From Octopus vulgaris (Eukaryota), in assembly GCA_951406725.2 (NCBI GenBank), contig OX597823.1:107074001-107138000 (forward strand): a DNA stretch of 64,000 bases. The letters are read 5' to 3'. Shown piece by piece: positions 54,810 through 64,000 of this stretch. A program made the translations under genes and the position numbers. Position 1 is the first letter of the stretch, and every line of letters begins with the position of its first letter. A model generated the notes under the pieces. That model was not told where the DNA came from. It worked only from the letters and a program-made list of their open reading frames with translations, and did no database searches.

Positions 54810-54842
<33 letters not shown>

Positions 54843-54880
54843 TAGAAAATGGGACAAGAACGCAAAACATACAGACTATG
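54115..54880. mobile_element. Penelope-like repeat with partial terminal direct repeat, in (TA)n
   Basis: AAAATGGGACAAG(G/A)A(T/C)GCAAA(T/A)CAT at ~54122 and ~54846; strong purine strand asymmetry. Confidence 0.5.
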
Positions 54881-56529
54881 CACATTGCATTGACTATGTA
54901 CAGTGCAATGCGGAGTTTGAATGCCTTCTATATCAGGATGAAATTGAATTGTCAGTCACCTCGACCCAAGATTTGGGATTTGTTTGAACTATGGTTTGAG
55001 AGCTGAGGAAATAATTATGGCGCTGAGGACAAGGACAGGACCGATTCTGTGTGGTGGGAGGGGGCATGTATACACGCATGTTTTATCATAAATTCGAAAG
55101 ACCTTTACTTATCCTCCCACACAAAAGATACTGTTGGCATTCAGGTTAGAACTCCTATAAGTTGATACCTGTGTGGAAAATAGTCTGTTAAAGGAAGTTA
55201 GTATCGTAGTGGTGGATGAGAGAGCAAGAGCAGCACAACTTATTCTGATGCTCTAAGTTAATTAACAGTTATCAATCAATGGATGGTTGCTTTTCGAATC
55301 TAATCTTAGTTCCCTAATATTTTAGCAGCAATGCTGTACAAGAGACAGGAATAGTTAGCTAAATAGTTCATTTGCGGAGTGTTAGGAAATGATAAGGACC
55401 GTGGTATTTCCTGTCCGTGTAAAGAATTTAGTGTTTGGCATGAAAATCATCAGAGACCTACAACTTGCTGCGAAATTGTGTTTTGGTTAGTTCTTCACAG
55501 AGATGAGGGTCAAAACTCATTCTTCCATAAGCATGCTTTTTTTTAATCATATTATTAAAGGAGACAATTAAGTCATGACCTCATTAGAGATTGCTTTTCA
55601 AGGTCTTTGTTGATGGAGATTGAACAAAATTGGAGAGGAGAGAGCCTAGTTTAATTATTGGATCATGCTTATGTGAGGGAACTTAATTAAAAATGAAGAG
55701 AGGCACCATGTGAGTATGTTGTTATATGTGACAGTAAGACAGTCATTCATGCAGAATGTGGGGTATATAAACAAACCCTGAAGTTTTCTACAGTTCATAG
55801 GATGTTGAACGGGCAGAACCCCATTGATGCACACTACGACAAAAGGATCTACATGAGAAATCATAATCCAAAGGGTGAAAAATGGATGGCGAGTAATCTG
55901 GGCTTCTGGGTAACATATTTACTAAACACAAGCGGAGGTCTTGTTAAGGTTCAAAGAAACAATATTGATGCATAACATATGACAGCCGATTTCCTGTAGT
56001 TCTGGCACCATGAAAAATCGTTCGGTGTGGCTGTGTGGAGGCGCAGGGGTGGCTGTGTGGAGGCGCAGGGGTGGCTGTGTGGTAAAAAGCTTGCTTCCCA
56101 ACCACATGGTTCCTAGATTGAGGTAAATCCCTGGAGCAAGAGGTGAGGAATGAAGACTTTGAGGAAGATAGAGGCTTTTACTTTTCATCCGTAATTTGGA
56201 AAATATAATAAAAACTATTTGCCTCGTTGGGTCAGAGCAGGAGTATTCGAACTTGGAAGTATGCAGTTTATAAAGCAGATGAAGCTGAGATGTTTCTTTT
56301 ATCCGGTGATACGAAATGAGCAGTAGGATTGCTACTTATGAAAGCACCATGTTTCAGGACTTGTAAATAATATTTTGCAAATGTTATCATCATTGTGATT
56401 CTGTATGACTTTAACTAGATGTAGCAGAAGTCCTCGCGTTTTGCTTGAATTGAAGAAAACAAATAAGTTAATGCGTTGTCTTATTTGGAAACCAAAACAA
56501 AGAGCGCCCTCTACAATATTGCTTTTGTT

Positions 56530-56534
56530 TTCTT

Positions 56535-56632
<98 letters not shown>

Positions 56633-56645
56633 TATTATTATTATT
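56530..56645. repeat. (TTC)n-(TTA)n compound microsatellite
   Basis: Direct reading. Confidence 0.97.
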
Positions 56646-56859
56646 GTATTTGCTATTGTTGTTTTTGCAAATAGATAGATAAGCATTCAATTATTTATTC
56701 AATTGAGACTTGAGAATTTTCACAGTATACATGGCACCAGCTAACCAACTAAACACATACTCGCAGACACACATGCATATAAATATGTACGCACACACAC
56801 AGGCGCGCGTATGGGCACACACACACGTACACACTTACGCACGCACACACACACACACA

Positions 56860-56915
<56 letters not shown>

Positions 56916-58047
56916 CAGGCACATACTTACCGACAAAACATTATAACAAGTTAGCTAAGAATTTATCTTAGTAAATTAACATTTCAAACTCGGATTACAG
57001 CAAGTAAGTTAATCGTAAATGTACGTACGTGCCGTGTATGTATATCCTCCCATACGTATGTGTACGTACGAACGAATCTTTCTATATGTGGTATGTTTCC
57101 TTCTTTTTGATTTGCAGTTATATATTATTTGATTTTCTGTTCTTTTTCATCGTTATTTTGCTTCATCTTTTTTCTATTTCATTTCTAATTTCTTTCTTTT
57201 TCTTTTTCTTCCCTTTTTTTCTATTTTCTATATTGTTGTGGTAAGTGTTGGTGGGAGATTTAAATTTATTCCCTGCTTTTCTCAGGATCGATTTCAGCTG
57301 GAAGCTAATTCAGATAACAATGGCGGCGCTCAATATTTCTTTTTCTGTTTGTCTTTCTTTTGTATTTATTTGGTTTTTTCTTTTGTTTCGACGTAAAATT
57401 TAATAAAAGTCCACGCAAATTAACACTAACAGACATATCTCATTCTATGGCATGTTTCATTGTTCTTGTTGTTGTGCTAGTGGTGGTGGTTGAGTGGTGG
57501 TAGTTGGGAGGTGGTGGTAGCGGTTGGGTGGTGGAGAAGGTCGCGGGGGTGATCGTTGTCGTTGAGTGATGGTGGTAGTGGTGAAGTCTTTAGTAGGGGA
57601 TGTTGCTGATGGTTGCGCTGCCACCATCGCTCAAGTCATTGTTTAGTCCGAGGTCAGGCACGATTGAGCAGACCATTACTCAAAGATGATCGCGCTGTAG
57701 TCATTCCATCTCTACATCGAGCAATTGCTTTTAAGACCGTAGGGCGTACTCCGAAGGGGATTTAGTTGCTATTTCTAGCGACTCGTTGACTCATTACTCA
57801 CGCTGTTGTTTTCGACGATGATGATGAATAAAGAGAGGAGTACGACGACTAAGATGTCGATGACGACGACGACGATGATGATGATGACGACGACGACGAT
57901 GATGATGATAGGATGACGACGACGTCGATGACGTTTTTGGTATGTATTTCTCTGAATGCCTTTTTATCATACCTAATGCGTCTACTATGATAGGAATTGT
58001 TTCTGTTTTTAGGATTCACATTCGAGTTATCGCTATTTCCAGATCTT

Positions 58048-58238
<191 letters not shown>

Positions 58239-58463
58239 GAGGCAACGGTGATGATGATGGTGGTGTAGGCGATGCTAGTGGGAGATGTGATGATGATGGT
58301 GGTGCTGGTGGTGGCGGTTGTGATGATGGTTTGTAGTTGATTTTGATATATGAAGGACACTGAATCAAATAACTTATTTGGTAAGCTTGTTATTAGACAA
58401 TTATATATTATGGTGATCACCAGCAGCAAGTTTGCGCTACCAAACACAAAATTAAATACCTAT

Positions 58464-58897
58464 AAGAGGTGCTTTCAAAGAGTTCGGATTTTCGTTTTCA
58501 CCGAACGCATCAAGCAGAGATTTTGCATCAAGTTTTGCCAAAAGATTGGTGATACTCAAACTCAAATTATCCACAGGATTCAGCAGGCCTTTGGCGATGA
58601 TGCCTTGGGAAAAACTCTGACCAAAAAGTCTTATAACCGCTTCAAGCAAGGCCGTACCCAAGTGGAGAACGAGGCACATTCAGACAGGATATCCACAAGC
58701 TGAAACGAGGAGTCGGTTGAGAATGTTCAGTGAATAGTCACAGAAGACCAACAATCCAGGAAATTGCTCGCATTCGATTTTAACGATGCTGGGGAATCAG
58801 CAGAAGCAACTCCGCATGGAAATGGCTCACGACATACTAGACTGTGCAAACCACGATCCATACTTCTTGAAAACCTTTATTAGTGGTGATGAGACAA
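58464..58897 (+). pseudogene. Mariner transposase 5' fragment with internal deletions
   Basis: QRFCIKFCQKIGDTQTQIIHRIQQAFGDDAL..YNRFKQGRTQVENEAHS; later FLKTFISGDET. Confidence 0.82.
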
Positions 58898-60081
58898 CTT
58901 TCACCCAGGGTTTGAATTTGAAGCATTTCCCCTTTTCCTTTCTCAAGAGGATCCCCTAATTTTTAAAATTATTAAATAAGACTTTTACTAATTAGTTTAG
59001 TGTATTAAAGAGGATTCGTGAGATTTTAAAGTTTACTTTCAATAGTCCTGCAAGTTATCCAAAGGAAGCTTTATGGATCATTGTCGTTCGAAAAACCAGG
59101 ATCAACTACTAATCTTTCATACGGAATCTAAAATTCCTTTCTGGAGGTTATTCCTGGAAAACTTACATATTAAACCAAGTATTTTTTTCACCCAACATTA
59201 AATAATCTCGTTACATCTGTAGCCTGTTCCTCTAAACGGCAAATAAATAAATGATTTGGTATTGACAATGAAAATTAATGTTTATGAGGAAGGGTTTAAT
59301 TGATTAAATTATTTTGATTCTGGTAAATCACTGTCATTTACTGGTAATTAATGTATCGCTAATGTAAATACGGAACAAATGAAGCTCGGCACGGTAGTGG
59401 TTCTCATAATGAAGAACTGAGAGCAGAGCGTATGCGGAAGTTGTGTGTGGAAGTCGTAAGATGACTTACGCAAGAGCATGTTTGAGTAAATATGTATCTG
59501 CACGCATACACGTGGAGGTGGGTGCGCTTGTAGTTTTGTGCTACCAAAATAATAATCGGTACTTTCAGCTTTATAAGGAACATGGGCGCAGAATGATCGG
59601 TTTCGTTAGTTAGATTAATGGTTATTTCATGGTTAACTGAATGGTTATATTCGATAGCTAACTGGATGGTTAGATTTAATGGTTACTTAGATTGCTTCAT
59701 GGTTAAATATATCGTGGTGGTTTTCAATGCGCTTAATTAATGTGAATGGTGGTTGGTTAGTAAAGAATGATTAAAAGTTTGAGACAGAAATAACCATTGA
59801 AATCATTATCGAGATAATTTGCTAGCAGAAATAATTATGATGAAATGAAGAGAAATGGTAAATGTTTTTTATAAGAAATTGTTGTTTGCTGATATGGATG
59901 GTTAGTTTATTGTTTGAAGAAGGTTGCTGGGACAGGTATTGTTAAAGATTGTTTGCTTGACTAGGCTAGAAATAGTCACCTAGATGATCAGAAAATTTCG
60001 CTTAGATGAACGGAAAATGTTAACTAAATGGTTCATTTGAAATATCTCTCTAAACAGTTTTTGATAGTTATTTAATTCTTT

Positions 60082-60308
60082 ATTTCGTTTTTGGATTTGG
60101 TTTGCAAGATTCTTTATATGATTTCGTGTGTTGAAACATATTCTGTTGTGTCTGGGGAGAGTCATTTTCTTTTTGTGTCTTATAATGTAACACACTCACC
60201 GGTAAAATTTTAGGAAAATAAAAATAAGAAAAAAAGTGGAAATTTTACCGGTGAGTGTGTTACATTATAAGGCACAAAAAGACAATGACTCTCCCCAAAC
60301 ACAACAGA
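60082..60308. mobile_element. Foldback insertion with 70-bp inverted arms and a 12-bp flanking direct repeat
   Basis: Arms 60140-60209 and 60241-60310 (3 mismatches); ATTTAATTCTTT at 60070-60081 and 60309-60320. Confidence 0.75.
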
Positions 60309-60739
60309 ATTTAATTCTTTAGTTTGCTGGAACTATTAGCGTCCTTTGTATGCAGAAACAACTCGATAAATATTTTTTATAATTTTGATATTTTTGTTTT
60401 TAAGATTTAGCTGGAGATGAAAATATAAAAAAGCAAAGCAGCACCTATGTCCCTCTTCTGAGTTTCCGAGGCTGGTGGAAGATAAGGAGGAAGTTATCCT
60501 CACTCGTAAGACTTATCTCGAGTCTACAGAAGACAGTTGCTCAGAATGCTAAGGTGTAGAATCGAACCAAAAATTACGTCGTTGCGAAGCGAAGGTCTTA
60601 ACCGCTGGACCATGCTTTAGAATGGTCGTTACAAATGTCTGGTTAGATGACCATGATCAAAACGACAAATCGGGAAATAAACATCCCACCCACCCCACAT
60701 TCACAAACACAACTGCCAAACTTACAACTTCTGCTACTA

Positions 60740-60774
60740 GTCATAACTACCACCACCAATATTAATGCTGTTAT

Positions 60775-60818
<44 letters not shown>

Positions 60819-61084
60819 TCACTGCCATCACCACCTTTACAACAACAACAACTACTACTATTACTACTATTACTACTACTATTGCTACTACTACTACTAC
60901 TACTACTAATACTACTACTACTACTATTGCTACTACTACTACAACAACTACTACTACTACAACTACTACTACTATTGCTACTACTACTACTACTATTGCT
61001 ACTACTATTGCTACTACTACTACTATTGCTACTACTACTTCTACAACAACTACTACTACTACTATTGCTACTATTGCTACTACA

Positions 61085-61117
<33 letters not shown>

Positions 61118-61240
61118 GTCACTACGACCATTACTGATATTACTACTAATACAATCATCAACCCTACTACAACCATTACTACTAATGTTCTGGTTGTCGT
61201 TGCTGTTGTTGCTGCTGCTACTGCTGCTGCTGCTTCTACT
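60740..61240. repeat. (ACT)n-rich trinucleotide tract ending in (GCT)n
   Basis: Direct reading; explains the poly-T/V/L ORFs. Confidence 0.95.
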
Positions 61241-61833
61241 ATGTCACTTGAATAAACTAAACTTGATTTATGGTGACAACTTTGGTTGAAGAATCTAATG
61301 TTTTCTACGTGACTCTATTGAACAGTGAAGAAGTTATTGATTTGTAGCGGCAGGGTGGGTGTTGTGTGAAGGGGGTGGCGGTGATGGTGTACAAGGGAAG
61401 ATGATAGAGGTGGGGGGGGGGGGCAGTAAGCGCAAGTAAAGAATGAATGGGTGAACAAACAAATGAATAAATATGGAAACAAACAAACAAACCAACAAAA
61501 CTGTGTCATTGATTCAAAGGAAAAACTGATAATTATTAGAGAAACTCTTATGATGAAACTCAATCTGTTTCAGACTTGTCTTGTTTGTTATATTTATCAG
61601 TTTGTTGTTGTTGCTGTTGTTGTTGTTGTTGTTGTAAGTGTGCTACCATTGTTATTGTTTACGCTGGCGTTGTTTGTACTCGTGGCAATATCAGGGTTAT
61701 TGTGGTAGTGTTGTAATGGTATCATATATGTGGTAGTTTCGGTGCTAGTTGTTATATAGTTATGGTGTATGTGGTGGTTGTAATAGTGGTGAATGTACAG
61801 GTGATTGTATAGCAGCGGTGTATACTAGTTGTG

Positions 61834-62068
61834 AAGGCGGCGAGCTGGCAGAACCGTTAGCACGCAGGGCGAAATGCGTGACCGTATTTCGTCTGCCGCT
61901 ACGTTCTGAGTTCAAATTCCGCCGAGGTCAACTTTGCCTTTCATCCTTTCGGGGTCGATAAATTAAGTACCAGTTACGCACTAGGGTCGATGTAATCGAC
62001 TTAATCCATTTGTCTGTCCTTGTTTGTCCTCTTTGTTTAGCCCCTTGTGGGTAGTAAAGAAATAGGTA
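61834..62068 (+). mobile_element. SINE-A full copy (tail type 1) with probable TSD
   Basis: Consensus-like; GGTGTATACTAGTTGTG at 61817-61833 vs GGTATATACTAGTGGTG at 62065-62081. Confidence 0.93.
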
Positions 62069-62229
62069 TATACTAGTGGTGGTGGGGAGGTGGTTTTGGT
62101 AGCATTGTAGCATTGTATATAATGTTGTAGGTTTTGTAGTAGTATTGTTTTCGCGTATGAGGTGATAGGGATATTGTAGAAGTATAAGTGATGGCCATGG
62201 TGTTTGTTATATTTATTACTCTGTTATTT

Positions 62230-62645
62230 TTCTTCTTCTTCTCCCGGTCAGGACTCACGCCATTAGTCACAAAGAATAATCTCTAATTCGAGCCTACTCT
62301 AATCTACTAAGAATGCGTGTGGCAGCTTGAAGATCCACCCACCACACGCGATAGACTGGCGGTTGTACGGACGCGAAAGCTACGCTGTTATCCTCATTCC
62401 GTAAACGGTGGCTTTTAACGGGTGGAGAGCTGAACCATCCTGGGGTACAGAGGATTTGCAATCTAGACTAGGGTCTGAGAGTTCACCACACCATAGTGGG
62501 TTACACCATGGTGCCTCTGCTTTGTGGCAGAAGTAGGAAGAAAGAGTGAGAGAAAGTTGTGGTGAAAAAGTACAGCGGGGTTCACCACCCCCACAAGAGC
62601 CTCGTGGAGCTTAGGTGCTTTTTTCCAATAAACACTCACAATGGT
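62230..62645 (-). mobile_element. SINE-like element sharing its middle with 24076-24369, with a different 3' part ending in (GAA)n
   Basis: Reverse complement of CACAACTTTCTCTCACTCTTTC and TAAGCTCCACG; 3' end GGCGTGAGTCCTGACCGGGAGAAGAAGAAGAA. Confidence 0.6.
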
Positions 62646-63034
62646 CTGTTGTTGTTGTGTGCTATTACCATTACTGTCTGTGATGGTGCATGCGATACCA
62701 GCATGGAGGTTTTTGCGGTGTTGAGAGTGGATGTGGAGTCAGTGTTTGTGGTGGTAGTGGTAGTAGATATATGTGGGGCAGTAGTAGTAATACTAGTAGT
62801 AGTAGTAGTAGGAGGAGGAGGAGGAAGTGTATTTGTTTTGTTCAGGTAGAAGGTTGATGCTGGTTTTATATTAGTTGTTGTTGTTCTCGTAGTTATAGCA
62901 GTAACAGTGCAAGGATATGATAAGAGATTAGCCGAAGATCAAACCTGATTTGAGCAGATTTATCTTCAAAAGCATTCCATCCATGATCAACTCATCTTTT
63001 TTTTTTTTTTAGGGATTCTAAAATTATTTTCAAT

Positions 63035-63237
63035 GCTTCAAATTTTGGCACAAGGCCAGCAATTTGAGAGGAGGGAACTAGTCGATTACATTAACCACGA
63101 AAGGATGAAAAGCAAAGTTGACCACGGCGGAATTTGAACTCAGAACGTGAAGGACCGGAAGAAATCTCACTAAGTGAGACACGCTAACAATTCACGCTAA
63201 CAATTCACACTAACAATTCTGCCAGGTCGTCGCCTTA
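63035..63237 (-). mobile_element. SINE-A degenerate copy (tail type 2) with an internal 13-bp triplication
   Basis: CAC(G/A)CTAACAATT x3 at ~63180-63218. Confidence 0.82.
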
Positions 63238-63299
63238 AATGTATTATATTGATAGAATGATTTTTTCTTTTTTTTTTTAAGATGTAGGCTTTTGATTAC

Positions 63300-63532
63300 T
63301 TATTTCTTTACTACCCACACAAGGGGCTAAACACAGAGAGGACAAACAAGGACAGACAAAGGTATTAAGTCGATTACATGGACCCCAGTGCGTAACTGGT
63401 ACTTAATTTATCGACCCCGAAGAGATGAAAGGCAAAGTCGACCTCGGCGGAATTTGAACTCAGAACGTAGCGGCAGACGAATCACCGCTGAGCATTTCGC
63501 CCACGTGCTAACGACTGCCAGCTCGCCGCCTT
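63300..63532 (-). mobile_element. SINE-A full copy (tail type 1) with ~20-bp TSD
   Basis: TGTAGGCTTTTGA(T/C)TAC(T/C)TA at 63283-63302 and 63532-63551. Confidence 0.93.
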
Positions 63533-63744
63533 GTAGGCTTTTGACTACCTACTATTTCTAGTCTGTCAAAATACTGCATCACTGGTTCGCGGTCATGATA
63601 GTAACTTGCTGCGGTAGAGATATTGTTGTTGTTGTTGTTATCAGAAGTTTTATCTAATAAAGATTGATGTCAGATAGAAACTAACAACTTTATATTTGCT
63701 TGTGTAACATAGTATAAGTATTGTAGCGAGATAGCATATATCTA

Positions 63745-63948
63745 TAGGGAGAGTTCACGGAAAAAAAAAACGTGAAGGACCAAGACAGGTGGTGTACAAA
63801 ACAAGCAGATGTATTAGTATGACGCTCAGGAACTGAACAAGTCTTTTACGTTTCGAGCCTACGCCCTTCTACCAAAAGGGACACAGAAAAAACAAGAAAC
63901 AAGGAGAAAAAAAATTGTGTGTAGTGACTACCGATCTATCATGGCGAC
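63745..63948 (-). mobile_element. Penelope-pLTR-like short repeat with a degenerate minimal hammerhead-like motif
   Basis: Minus strand CTTT-TGGTAGAA-GGGC-GTAG-GCTC-GAAAC-GTA-AAAG (63843-63878), then TTCCTGAGCGTC; TA-rich flanks. Confidence 0.5.
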
Positions 63949-64000
63949 TATATATATATATGTGTGTGTGTTTGTATACTCTATTGAATTAGGGCATACT

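Noticed and set aside
55050-56400. Possible very old L1/Tx1 ORF2 remnants (also 25150-25950 and 30540-30950)
   Set aside because: Only vague motif echoes (LDHAYVR..CDSK; ETAVHSL..MCDW); cannot be supported without BLASTx.
60643-61289. 174-202 aa mucin-like Thr-rich or Leu/Val-rich ORFs
   Set aside because: An (ACT)n tract; overlapping ORFs in multiple frames with no splice or domain support.

Overview
AT-rich, repeat-dense, apparently non-coding eukaryotic DNA. The mix of tRNA-derived SINE families, Penelope-like pieces and very abundant AT/AC/ATGT/AAT/CAT microsatellites is most consistent with an octopus (coleoid cephalopod) intergenic or intronic region; this is recognition by eye, not a database result. 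No intact host protein-coding gene is supported, and nearly all listed ORFs are microsatellite or SINE artefacts. Recognisable coding remnants are all transposons: a full-length frameshifted mariner with TIRs and TA TSDs (20234-21523), two related Tc1 copies, a DD37D/maT-like relic, a mariner fragment, a Dong/R4-like RLE retrotransposon sitting inside (TAA)n, an L1/Tx1-like 3' fragment, an RTE 3' fragment and a Penelope-like RT fragment. The most notable observations are: (i) one SINE family (my label SINE-A) forming multimers through a recurrent identical tail-to-body junction, with GGTA-starting target sites and a tail resembling the 3' end of the Tx1-like LINE; (ii) degenerate minimal hammerhead-like motifs in Penelope-like short repeats; (iii) long inverted repeats and inverted SINE pairs able to form dsRNA; (iv) a Forkhead-motif minisatellite next to a candidate first exon and splice donor; (v) several unique motif-dense islands that may be enhancers. 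No new system is demonstrated; these are hypotheses to test.
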